From: Candidatus Binatia bacterium
GTDB taxonomy: Bacteria > Desulfobacterota > Binatia > UBA9968 > JAJDTQ01
Reading direction: 5' to 3'
DNA length: 64,000 nucleotides
Assembly: GCA_963666515.2 (NCBI GenBank)
Contig: OY762897.2
Span: forward strand, 1,088,001 to 1,152,000
This document shows, piece by piece, positions 55,250 to 64,000 of the stretch. The first letter of the stretch is position 1; each line of letters begins with the position of its first letter. The position numbers and the translations under genes are program-made. Under the pieces are notes generated by a model. The model worked only from the letters and a program-made list of their open reading frames with translations. It was not told the origin of the DNA and did no database searches.

Positions 55250-56851
55250 TCATGAGCCTCCCTCCGAAGCCCGGCGGCGCAAGCGGGCGCTCACCGCCGG
55301 GTAGAAGATGCTGGCCAGGATGACGCACAGGATGATGAGCACCCCGGGGCGCGTGAGGAAGCCGAAGTCGTAGCGCGAGTAGGTGATCCACAGGTAGTTG
55401 TCGGCCAGCCGGCCCAGCACCAGGCCCAGCAGCAGCGCCGGCCGGGACCAGTCGAACACCACCATGAGCCAGCCCAGGGCGCCGAAGACCAGCGTGACGA
55501 GGATGTCGCCGAAGCTGTTGGTGTGGGTGTAGGAGCCCAGGTAGATGAACAGCAGCAGCGGCGGTATCAGCAGCGTTCCCTTGATGCGCGTGAGGCGGGC
55601 CAACTGGTTCAGGAACAGGAAGCACACCGAAACGGTGATGACGTTGGACACCACCAGCACCCACACCAGCGAGAAGGTCACGTCCAGGTCCTTGGTCAGC
55701 ATGGAGGTGCCGGGGCGCAAGCCCAGGATCAGGAACGCCCCCAGCAGGATGGCGGTGGTGACGTTGCCCGGGATGCCGAAGGCGATGGTGGGGATGAGCG
55801 CGCCGCCCAGCGTGGAGTTGTTGGCCGCGCCCGGCCCCACCACGCCCTCGATGACGCCGGTGCCGACCTTGTCCTGCTTGCCCGATGATTGCATGGCCAA
55901 GGCGTAGGCCACCCACTGGGACACCGGCCCGCCCATGCCCGGGATGATGCCGATGTAGGTGCCCACGGCGCTGCACCGCGCCACCAGCCACCAGTGCCGA
56001 AACGCGTCCTTGACGCCCTGGAACACACCCCCGAGCCGGCCCACCTGGGCCTGGGCGATGCTGCCTCCCTTGGTGGCGAGGTCGATGATCTCGGGGATGG
56101 CGAAAAGCCCCACCGTGGCCGGCACCAGCCCGATGCCGGCGCCGCCGGTCTCGCCTCCGCCCCAGAGGTACATGGTGCCGAAGGTGTAGCGTTCGGTGGC
56201 GGTCTGCATGTCCATGCCCACCAGCGAGAAGATGAAGCCGAGTCCGCCCGCGGCCAGCCCCTTGACCACGCTGCCGCCGCTCAGGGCGCCGACGAAGGTG
56301 ACCCCGGCGACGGTGAGCATGAAGAATTCCGGCGTGCCCAGGGCCAGCACCAGCGGCGTGACGATGGGGATGGCCACGGCGATGGCGCCGGCGCCGATGA
56401 TGGCGCCCATGAGCGAACTCATGAGCGAGGCGCCCAAAGCCCGGCCAGCCTCCCCCTTCTTGGCCATGGGGTGGCCTTCGACGATGGTGGAGGCCGTGGA
56501 CCCTTCGCCCGGGATGCCGAACAGGATGGAGGTGATGTCGCCGGTGGTGGCGGTGACGGCCATCATGCCCAGCAGGAAGGAAAAGGCCTCCACCGCGTCC
56601 ATCTTGAGCTGGAACGCGAAGCCGAGCATGAGGGCCATGGTGACGGGGCCGCCCAGGCCCGGCAGCATGCCCACGGCGAAGCCGATGGCGTTGCCCAGCA
56701 GCAGGTAGCCGAAGGCCGGCCAGGAGAAGACCCGCACCAGCCCCTCCACCGAGGCGGCGCCGATCTTCCCGGCCATCCCCTGGGCCAGGAAGATCCACAC
56801 CGCCAGGACCGTGAGCAGGGCGAGCCAGCCCAGGCTTCGTTTGAGGGTCAC
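55250..56851 (-). CDS. TctA-family tripartite tricarboxylate transporter permease
   Basis: GMLPGLGG, SILFGIPG, EGHPMAKKGEAGRAL, AANNS, AFGIPG. Confidence 0.92.
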   Translation of the reverse strand: MTLKRSLGWLALLTVLAVWIFLAQGMAGKIGAASVEGLVRVFSWPAFGYLLLGNAIGFAVGMLPGLGGPVTMALMLGFAFQLKMDAVEAFSFLLGMMAVTATTGDITSILFGIPGEGSTASTIVEGHPMAKKGEAGRALGASLMSSLMGAIIGAGAIAVAIPIVTPLVLALGTPEFFMLTVAGVTFVGALSGGSVVKGLAAGGLGFIFSLVGMDMQTATERYTFGTMYLWGGGETGGAGIGLVPATVGLFAIPEIIDLATKGGSIAQAQVGRLGGVFQGVKDAFRHWWLVARCSAVGTYIGIIPGMGGPVSQWVAYALAMQSSGKQDKVGTGVIEGVVGPGAANNSTLGGALIPTIAFGIPGNVTTAILLGAFLILGLRPGTSMLTKDLDVTFSLVWVLVVSNVITVSVCFLFLNQLARLTRIKGTLLIPPLLLFIYLGSYTHTNSFGDILVTLVFGALGWLMVVFDWSRPALLLGLVLGRLADNYLWITYSRYDFGFLTRPGVLIILCVILASIFYPAVSARLRRRASEGGS

Positions 56852-56864
56852 GATTCAGGCGCGG

Positions 56865-57944
56865 TCACGGCTTCTGCGCCATGCCCTTGAGGATCTCCAG
56901 GGCTTCGGGGTCGCGCTTCTGGATCTCCACCACCTTGTCGATGATGGCCTGGGCCGCGGGCGCGTTCAGTGACACGAGCTGGAAGCCGATGGCCTTCTTG
57001 AAATGGGCGATCATCTCCTTGTCCTTCAGGAACCGGTCGAAGCTCGCCGCCATGGTGTTGAAGACGTCCTTGGGGACCCGCGCCGCGTAGACCCAGCCGC
57101 GGCGGACGCCGCCCAAGTAGGCCAGCAGTTCCATGGCGCGGTAGTTGGGGTCCTTCCGGATGGATTCGCCCTTGAGCTCCAGGACGATCTCGTAATAGGT
57201 GGGCAGGTCCGGCAGCCGCGGGTCGCGGACGATCTTGCCGTCCTGGACGGTGCCTTCCTGGGCGATGGGCACCACAGCGCCTTCCTCCACCATGGGCAGC
57301 ACCGCGGCGAAGTAGCCGCTCTGGCTGTCGTTGGTCATGTTCAGTTCGCCCCGGCGGATGGCCGCGCGCATGTCGCCGCTGCTGCCGTAGCCGGTCACCA
57401 GCTTGTGGTCCTTGCCCAGGATCTTCAGCAGCAGCCGCGGGATCATGGAGCGCGGGCTCTGGATCGACGTGGTGCCGAAGAAGAGCTTCTTCTTGACGGC
57501 GCCCAGCTCGGTGCCCTTGGTGATGCCCAGGTCCTTGCTGACGAACGTGACGGTGGTCTCGCGCACGCCCCCCAGCCACTGGAGCTTGGCCAGCTCGAAC
57601 TTGACCTTCTTGGGCTTGAAGATGGTGTCCGTCACCGAAGTGGAGAACTGTCCGATGATGGTGCCGTCCGCGGGCGCGGAGTTGTACACCCAGTTCTCGC
57701 CCACGATGCCGCCGCCGCCGGGCATGTTCTTGATGATGGTGGTGGGGTTGCCGGGGATCTGCTTGCCGATGAACGGCAGCATCTGCCGCGCCATGATGTC
57801 GGCGGCGCCGCCCACGGAGTAGGGGATCAGGATGGCGACGGTCTTGCCCTTGAAGGAGACGTCGGCGGCCCCCGCGGTTGCGGCTCCGAAGGCGAGGCAC
57901 AGGGTAACGACTGCGGCTGCGAAAGTTGCGGAACGTCGGTTCAT
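56865..57944 (-). CDS. TctC/Bug-family binding protein
   Basis: Signal peptide, IPYSVGGAAD, KNMPGGGG, APADG, VTGYGS. Start MNRRS at 57944. Confidence 0.88.
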   Translation of the reverse strand: MNRRSATFAAAVVTLCLAFGAATAGAADVSFKGKTVAILIPYSVGGAADIMARQMLPFIGKQIPGNPTTIIKNMPGGGGIVGENWVYNSAPADGTIIGQFSTSVTDTIFKPKKVKFELAKLQWLGGVRETTVTFVSKDLGITKGTELGAVKKKLFFGTTSIQSPRSMIPRLLLKILGKDHKLVTGYGSSGDMRAAIRRGELNMTNDSQSGYFAAVLPMVEEGAVVPIAQEGTVQDGKIVRDPRLPDLPTYYEIVLELKGESIRKDPNYRAMELLAYLGGVRRGWVYAARVPKDVFNTMAASFDRFLKDKEMIAHFKKAIGFQLVSLNAPAAQAIIDKVVEIQKRDPEALEILKGMAQKP

Positions 57945-58151
57945 GGCGTGCTCCTTCCTGGGTTGGTCCAATGTTCGGGTGTCGTGTTCGGTATCGACCG
58001 TAGGCCCACTACTTATTGCGGGCGGACTCCGCCTGTCAACCGCAAATGCCCGCGCCCGCGCCGGTTTGACAACCTCCGGTGCTTCGGCTAAGAACCCGGA
58101 AACTTCAGAGAATCCCGCAGACAACCCAACACATCGCGAGAGAGGTGACAC

Positions 58152-59597
58152 ATGCCCAAGAGCCTGGGATCGTTTCTGGAAGACTGCCGCCGGGAGATTC
58201 CCAACGAGGTGGTCCACGTGACCAAGCAGGTGGACCCGGCCCACTACGACGTGAGCGCGCTCATCAAGCACCTGGATGAGCTGCGGAAGTTCCCCATCCT
58301 GGTCTTCGACAACCCGCTGAACCTTCACGGACAGCCGTCCGACATCAAGCTGACCATGAACTGCGAGATCTCCCAGGGCAAGACCCAGGTGGCCCTCGGC
58401 CTGGACAAGGACACGAGCCGGGAGGTCATGACCGACATCTGCCTGGAGCGCGAGGAGCACCGCATCGAGCCGGTGGTCATCGAGCGCGACCAGGCGCCGG
58501 TGATGCAGAACGTCCAGACCGGCAAGGACGTGGACATCTATCAGATCCCGGTGATGCGGCACCACTACATGGACGGCGGCCCCTACATCGTCATGTCCAC
58601 CGTCACCAAGGAGCGGACCTCCGGCATCTACAACTGCTCGTACCACCGGATGGAGGTCAAGTCGCCGCAGAGCACCGCGCTCTACGCCTCGCCGCGCCAC
58701 CTGTGGAAGATCTTCAGGGACTACGAAGACAACAACATGGAGTGTCCCGTGGCCACCGTGCTGGGACACCACCCGGCCTACCACATGGGCGCGTGCTACA
58801 GCGGCGCGTTCGAGGTGAGCGAATTCGACATCATCGGCGGCTACATGCAGGAGCCGCTACGGCTCACGCCGTCCTCCACCTGGGGCGACAACTTCCTCAT
58901 CCCGGCGGACGCCGAGGTGGTCATCGAGGGGTTGCTCCAGCCCAACAAGCGGGTGGTGGAAGGCCCCTTCGGCGAGGCCCCCGGCTACCTCGGGCCGCAG
59001 CGCTACACCACCTGCGTAGAGTACAAGGTCACCGCCATGAACTGGCGCAAGGGCGCCATGTTCCAGTCCATCATCACGCCGGAAGGCGACAAGCCGTGGA
59101 TGGACCTGCCGCGGGAAGGCGCCTACCTCCGGCGCTGCCGCGAGGCCGTGCCCGGCGTGACCGCGGTGTGCAAGATGGGCCGCCACGCCCACTACAACGT
59201 GTTCATCGCCATGAAGAAGCTGTCCGAGGGCGATCCCGGCCGGGCGGCGGCCGCGGCCCTCACTTTCGACCACACCAAGAACGTCTTCGTCTTCGACGAC
59301 GACATCAACGTGTACAATCCCACGGACATCCTGTGGGCGCTGGCCACGCGCGTGCAGCCGCACCGCCAAGTGTCGATCCTGAAGCCGCTCTTCCGCGGCA
59401 ACTTCCTGGATCCCTCGCTGGTGGACGAGATCAAGACCTCCGGGATGATCGTGGACGCCACGCGTCCGCTGGACCGGCCGTTCTCGCCGGTTTCCAAGGT
59501 GCCCGACGAGGCCATGGAACGGATCAAGGTCGAGGATTTCATCCCTGGAGAGATTCTCTCGCACATTCCCATCGACCGGACCACGTACTGGTCGTAG
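58152..59597 (+). CDS. UbiD-family decarboxylase (second)
   Basis: DGGPYI, NCSYHRM, IPADAEVVIEG, EGPFGEAPGY, VFDDDINVYN, WALATR, IVDAT. Confidence 0.92.
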   Translation: MPKSLGSFLEDCRREIPNEVVHVTKQVDPAHYDVSALIKHLDELRKFPILVFDNPLNLHGQPSDIKLTMNCEISQGKTQVALGLDKDTSREVMTDICLEREEHRIEPVVIERDQAPVMQNVQTGKDVDIYQIPVMRHHYMDGGPYIVMSTVTKERTSGIYNCSYHRMEVKSPQSTALYASPRHLWKIFRDYEDNNMECPVATVLGHHPAYHMGACYSGAFEVSEFDIIGGYMQEPLRLTPSSTWGDNFLIPADAEVVIEGLLQPNKRVVEGPFGEAPGYLGPQRYTTCVEYKVTAMNWRKGAMFQSIITPEGDKPWMDLPREGAYLRRCREAVPGVTAVCKMGRHAHYNVFIAMKKLSEGDPGRAAAAALTFDHTKNVFVFDDDINVYNPTDILWALATRVQPHRQVSILKPLFRGNFLDPSLVDEIKTSGMIVDATRPLDRPFSPVSKVPDEAMERIKVEDFIPGEILSHIPIDRTTYWS

Positions 59598-59621
59598 CCG
59601 TCGTAGTGAAAGGAGGCATCC

Positions 59622-59768
59622 ATGGGTCAGGCTGTTGAAGTGACGTGTCCGAAATGCCCTGAGAAGTTCGTGGTGAACCCGCACATGCTGGGTTCCGGCA
59701 TGCTGTTCCACTGTCCCTTCTGTGACGTTTATTTCCCCGAGGAAGAAAGCCCCAGGATCTGGAAATAG
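59622..59768 (+). CDS. 48-aa zinc-ribbon protein (CxxC-x18-CxxC); absent from ORF track
   Basis: Strong RBS AAGGAGG. MGQAVEVTCPKCPEKFVVNPHMLGSGMLFHCPFCDVYFPEEESPRIWK. Confidence 0.8.
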   Translation: MGQAVEVTCPKCPEKFVVNPHMLGSGMLFHCPFCDVYFPEEESPRIWK

Positions 59769-59870
59769 GAGGCCTCGTCGCGGCACGACTTTTTCGACCT
59801 TGGGCGCCTCTTCGGTTTCCGTGAGGCGCTGGAGCGCGTTGAGGCCGCGGCGGCGCCCGAGGCCGTCCTC

Positions 59871-60737
59871 GTGGCCGGTCCGGACCGCATCGGAGGCGGC
59901 CGGGTAGGCATTCTTCCGGGCTCCTTCAATCCGCCCACCATCGCCCACACCGACCTGGCCGCCGCCGCCAAGCGCCGGTTCGAGTTGGACTGCGTCGTAT
60001 ATTCCCTGAGCAGCGTCATCGTCGACAAGGAGCGGGTGGAAGGCCTCTGCCGCGAGGACCGGCTGCTCTTGCTGTCGCTGCTCGCCCGCGACCACCCGTG
60101 GCTGGAGGTGGCGGTGGTGAACCGCGGGCTGTACTCCGAACAGGCGCCGGGGTTTCGCGCGAGATTCGGCGGCGACCCGGACCTCCGGTTCATCGTCGGC
60201 ATGGACAAGGTGCTGCAGATCTTCGATCCGAAATACTACGATGACCGTGAGCGGGCGCTGGACGCCCTGTTCGCCCACGTGCGGCTCGTGGCCGCCAACC
60301 GCGAGGATTGGGGCGCCGCCGAGCTGCGGGCGCTGCTGGACCAACCCGCCAACACACCCTACCGCGACTGCGTCGAACCCTTGACGCTTGCCGCCCACCT
60401 GAAGGACCAGTCCTCGAGCGCGGTGCGGCGCGGCGTCGAGGGGGGGGCGTCCTGGGACGGCGACGTTCCCGAGGTGGTCCAGGCATTCGTCGCCGCCACG
60501 GGCGCGTTCCGGGACCCCTATGACCTGCGGGTGGCGGCCATCGATACGCTGTATCCCGTGCGGCAATGGGCGGGAACGGAGGTCTCGCTTGAGACCTTGC
60601 TGGCCCGGGCGGCGGAACCAGGTGAGGTCGGGGAGCCGGTGCGCAGTCTGTTGCACACCCGGATGGCCCCGCAGGCTCTCAAGGACCGCCTCCGAGACCT
60701 CGGTCTGACGCGCTCGGGTGGGCTCAGAAGGCCGTGA
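59871..60737 (+). CDS. NadD-like nucleotidyltransferase
   Basis: ILPGSFNPPTIAH, FIVGMDK, VAANR, SSSAVR. The true start is probably further upstream. Confidence 0.75.
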   Translation: MAGPDRIGGGRVGILPGSFNPPTIAHTDLAAAAKRRFELDCVVYSLSSVIVDKERVEGLCREDRLLLLSLLARDHPWLEVAVVNRGLYSEQAPGFRARFGGDPDLRFIVGMDKVLQIFDPKYYDDRERALDALFAHVRLVAANREDWGAAELRALLDQPANTPYRDCVEPLTLAAHLKDQSSSAVRRGVEGGASWDGDVPEVVQAFVAATGAFRDPYDLRVAAIDTLYPVRQWAGTEVSLETLLARAAEPGEVGEPVRSLLHTRMAPQALKDRLRDLGLTRSGGLRRP

Positions 60738-61578
60738 TCGGCTGTTCCCCCTCCATGATGTAGCAGACGGGCATCTCCTCGGCGTTGTGGGCGTATCCGA
60801 CCGCGCCGGACCGGTCCGCCAGGATGACACCGCCCCGGCCGCCGGTTTCGCGCGCCAGCAGCGCCACGGCCTGACGGGCCGCTTCCCCGGGCCCGATTCC
60901 CGACTCCAGCAGATCCAGCGACGTCCTGGCCAGCAATACCTTGATGATGGCCTCGCCCTCTCCGGTGCACGAAGCGGCGCCCGCGGGATTGGCGTAGGTG
61001 CCGCAGCCGATGAGCGGGCTGTCGCCGACGCGGCCGGGAAGCTTGCCCATGATCCCGCCGGTGGAGGTGCCGGCGGCGATGCGGCCTTGCCGGTCCACCG
61101 CCACGCAACCCACCGTGCCGTGGCTCTCTTCCCAGCGTTCCTGTTGGTCAGCGGTGACGAGGGTTTCGGGAGGGACCGGAGGAATTTCCGCCTGCCGGGC
61201 GAAATCGCGGGCTCCCGGTCCCGCCAGCAACACGTGGCGGCCGTCCTCCAGCACCTTTCGCGCGAGCCGGATGGGATTGCGGATCCCCGAGACCGCGGCT
61301 ACCGCCCCGGCCTGAAGGTCGCCGGACATCAGCGCGGCGTCCATCTCCACCTTCCCGTCCCGATTCAGCGACGATCCGGTGCCGGCGTTGAAGAGCGGGT
61401 CGTCCTCCAGCGCCGCCACCGCGGCTTCCACGGCGTCCAGCGCCGGCCCCCCGGCCTGAACGACCTTCCATCCGACAAGGGCGGCCTCCCTGCATCCGGC
61501 GAGCCGCGCCTCCCGCCGCTCTCCGGAGCCGCGGCCGGCGCCGCCGTGGACGATGATGGCGGGTCGATGACTCACCAT
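60724..61578 (-). CDS. Isoaspartyl peptidase/L-asparaginase (Ntn hydrolase)
   Basis: IVHGGAG, LEDDPLFNAG, HG-TVGCVA (nucleophile Thr), GTSTGG, GRVGDSP, TGEGE. Confidence 0.92.
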   Translation of the reverse strand: MVSHRPAIIVHGGAGRGSGERREARLAGCREAALVGWKVVQAGGPALDAVEAAVAALEDDPLFNAGTGSSLNRDGKVEMDAALMSGDLQAGAVAAVSGIRNPIRLARKVLEDGRHVLLAGPGARDFARQAEIPPVPPETLVTADQQERWEESHGTVGCVAVDRQGRIAAGTSTGGIMGKLPGRVGDSPLIGCGTYANPAGAASCTGEGEAIIKVLLARTSLDLLESGIGPGEAARQAVALLARETGGRGGVILADRSGAVGYAHNAEEMPVCYIMEGEQPITAF

Positions 61579-62645
61579 GCCGCCAGCTCCCCGCCGTGGC
61601 CGGCGGTGATGTGTCCCAGGTCGTAGCGCGGGCCGTCCGCGGTATACCCGCCGAGCACCGGGTCCTCCGCGAGCAGCATGGGGGTGTCGAGGTCGATCCA
61701 CCGGAAGGCGCCGGTGCCCGCGGCCAGATGCGCGCTGAACCCCATGGCCAGACGCGTCTCCACCATGCCGCCGATCATGAGGCCGAGGCCGGAGGCGCGG
61801 GCGATGGCGATGATCTCCAGGGCCTGCGCCACGCCGCACTTGGCCACCTTGATGTTGATGACGTGGGCGAGGCGGTCCCGGGCGATGTGCGCGGCGTCCG
61901 CGGAAGAGCGGCAGGATTCATCGGCGGCCACGGGCACGCCTGCTTCGCGCACCAAGCGGGCCTGTCCGTCCCAGTCTTCGCGCGGGAGCGGCTGCTCCAG
62001 AAGAGCCGGTTCCAGCGCCTTGCGGCGAAGGGTCTGCAGCACCTCGATGGTCTGCGGCACGTCATAGCCCTCGTTGGCGTCGAGGATGAGGTCGCTCGTG
62101 GGGTGGCCTTCACGGATGGCCTTGATGCGCTCGATGTCGGCGTCCACGTCCGCGCCGACCTTGGTCTTGAGGGTGACGAAACCCCGGCCCCGATACTCGG
62201 CGGCGAGCCGGCGGGCTTCTTCAGCCGCGCAGATGGGGATCGTGATGTCGGTGACGACGCGGTCGGCGGCGCCGCCGAAGAATGTGAGGAGGGGGATGTT
62301 CCAGTTGCGCGCGAGGGCGTCGAACAATGCCATCTCCATGCCGGCACGCACCGTCGGCGTCGCCGGCAGGCTGCCGGCCAGCTCTTCCACCAGCGGCCGC
62401 CACCGCCCCGCGTCCCGCCCGGTCCATGCCTCCGCCGCCTGCCGCGTTGCCTCCAGCGCCGTGTCCTGGTCCTCCGGCGTCACCGTGGGCAGGGTCGGGA
62501 TCTCGCCCCAGCCGCTGGCGCCGCCGTCGAGGTCGAGCCGCACGGCGACGTTGCGCACCGCATCCAGCCGGGTTCCGGCGATGGTGAAGGGAGCCTTGAG
62601 CGACGCGTTCAGGACGCGTGCTTCGATGCGGGTGATCTGCGGCAA
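61572..62645 (-). CDS. Dipeptide (L-Ala-D/L-Glu) epimerase, enolase superfamily
   Basis: LKTKVG, LDANEG, EQP, ADES, INIK, DLD motif. Confidence 0.9.
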   Translation of the reverse strand: MPQITRIEARVLNASLKAPFTIAGTRLDAVRNVAVRLDLDGGASGWGEIPTLPTVTPEDQDTALEATRQAAEAWTGRDAGRWRPLVEELAGSLPATPTVRAGMEMALFDALARNWNIPLLTFFGGAADRVVTDITIPICAAEEARRLAAEYRGRGFVTLKTKVGADVDADIERIKAIREGHPTSDLILDANEGYDVPQTIEVLQTLRRKALEPALLEQPLPREDWDGQARLVREAGVPVAADESCRSSADAAHIARDRLAHVINIKVAKCGVAQALEIIAIARASGLGLMIGGMVETRLAMGFSAHLAAGTGAFRWIDLDTPMLLAEDPVLGGYTADGPRYDLGHITAGHGGELAAW

Positions 62646-62821
62646 GGTCGGTTTTCCCGGAAGACGACGCGCTTGCGAATGGATTACGACAGGACACTAG
62701 CGCGAATGCGCGAAATAGACCAGCGGGGCGCGTCTGTCGTCGCTTCATCCGGTTCGATCTGCTACGTTTCCGGCAAGGTGCGCCGGGCGCGCGCCGTCAA
62801 GGTCCTGAAGGAGGGTTGGAC

Positions 62822-63619
62822 ATGATATCCGAAGTCGAGTTCGCTCCGGGCAAGAAGGGCTTTCTGGCAAGAGCGGGGGAGAACGGCCGCGCACCGGTCG
62901 TGGTCCAGCTCCACGAGCGCTACGGCATCGTCCAGCACACCACGGACATCGCCGAACGGCTGGCCGCGAACGGCTACGTGACCCTGGCCCCCGACATGTT
63001 CTCGCGGTTCACCGGGGATCGGGAGGCTCTCGCCGCAGGCGACGTGGGCGTGGGTATCCGCGACGACGAGGCGCTGGTGGACCTGGACGAGTGCATCACC
63101 TACCTGCGGGGCCTGGACTACGTGGACGGCGACCGCATCGCGGTGATGGGGGTGTGCCAGACCGGGCGCCAGCCGCTGCTGGCCGCGGCCCACCGGGACG
63201 ACCTGCGCTGCGCCGTGGTGTTCTACGGCGGCATCTACCAGCGGGACTGGGAGCCTCACGAGGAACGCCCGACCCCGGTGGGCGAGTTCATCAGGCGGTT
63301 GTCCTGCCCGGTGCTGGGGGTGTTCGGCGACAACGACCACATCATCTCGGTGGACGACGTGCTGCGCTTCCGGCGCGCGCTGGAGGAGTCCTGGAAGAGC
63401 TACTCCATCCGCATCTTCCGGGACGCCCCTCACGGCTGGCTCAACGACACCATGCCCGGCCGCTACCGGCCCGAGGCCTCCGAAGCGGCCTGGACGCTGC
63501 TGTTCCGGTTCCTCAAGGAGCACCTCGACGGGGACGGAAACGGGCCGCGGGTAGCATGGGAATTCGAGGGCGACGTCCCGCGGGACTACGACTTCTCGAA
63601 GATGGTGAGGCTCGCCTGA
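62822..63619 (+). CDS. Dienelactone hydrolase family protein
   Basis: HERYG, LAPDMF, GVCQTG (Cys nucleophile), FYGG, FGDND, APHGW. Confidence 0.88.
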   Translation: MISEVEFAPGKKGFLARAGENGRAPVVVQLHERYGIVQHTTDIAERLAANGYVTLAPDMFSRFTGDREALAAGDVGVGIRDDEALVDLDECITYLRGLDYVDGDRIAVMGVCQTGRQPLLAAAHRDDLRCAVVFYGGIYQRDWEPHEERPTPVGEFIRRLSCPVLGVFGDNDHIISVDDVLRFRRALEESWKSYSIRIFRDAPHGWLNDTMPGRYRPEASEAAWTLLFRFLKEHLDGDGNGPRVAWEFEGDVPRDYDFSKMVRLA

Positions 63620-63693
63620 CGCGGCGCCGCGCCCGGATGCTCGTGGATTGGATTCACAAGGATTATCACTTACATTGGCGGTGTCGGGGAGTC

Positions 63694-64000
63694 ATGGGGC
63701 AAACACTTGCGGAGAAGAAGGGGGCGCGCGGAAGTTCCACGCGCCGGTGGCTCTCCACGGTCCTGGTGGCGGCGGCTTGCCTCGCGTCGACGGCAGCGGC
63801 GGCCGAGGGTCCCCGGCGCGAGATCGAGAAGGCATTGCGGCTCGGCGTCTCGATCCTCGGCGATCCGAAGCTGGGAGAGGAGGCCAGATTCGACCGCCTT
63901 CGGGCCGCGGTCCTGCCGCTCTTCGACTTTCCCGAGATGGCCCGCCGGTCGCTGGGCGCCCACTGGCGCCGCCGGACCCCGGAGCAGCGCGAAGAGTTCA
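63694..64000 (+). CDS. MlaC/Ttg2D phospholipid-binding protein (3'-truncated by window)
   Basis: Translated by hand: signal peptide, then FDFPEMARRSLGAHWRRRTPEQREEF. Confidence 0.8.
   Translation, partial: MGQTLAEKKGARGSSTRRWLSTVLVAAACLASTAAAAEGPRREIEKALRLGVSILGDPKLGEEARFDRLRAAVLPLFDFPEMARRSLGAHWRRRTPEQREEF

Overview
High-GC bacterial chromosomal window in two parts. (1) Bases 1-16980 are a nested anti-phage defence island. A DUF499 ATPase / DUF3780-like / DUF1156 adenine methyltransferase / PLD-SNF2 helicase operon (the 'restriction-like', BREX-related architecture) is split by about 7.9 kb of visibly lower-GC cargo. The cargo is a RelE/ParE toxin-antitoxin pair, a Septu-like ABC-ATPase + HNH pair, and a two-gene module I cannot assign to a named system: an ATPase plus a 1241-aa NTPase-wHTH-TPR protein with 14 tandem ~43-aa repeats and its own operator-rich promoter. 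Degenerate copies of the 3' end of the DUF3780-like gene mark the cargo junctions. (2) Bases 17035-64000 are catabolic and housekeeping genes: two UbiD decarboxylases, tripartite tricarboxylate transporters, a molybdenum hydroxylase, LLM oxidoreductases, amidohydrolases, hydrolases, a second TA pair, an AAA-PD-(D/E)XK protein and REP-like palindromes. Two probable selenoprotein genes are missed or split by the ORF track: an OsmC-like protein and a UxxC glutaredoxin, each with an in-frame UGA and a SECIS-like hairpin. A 48-aa zinc-ribbon gene after the second UbiD is also absent from the track. No rRNA, tRNA, CRISPR array or integrase was seen. Family assignments come from motif recognition by eye, not from database searches.
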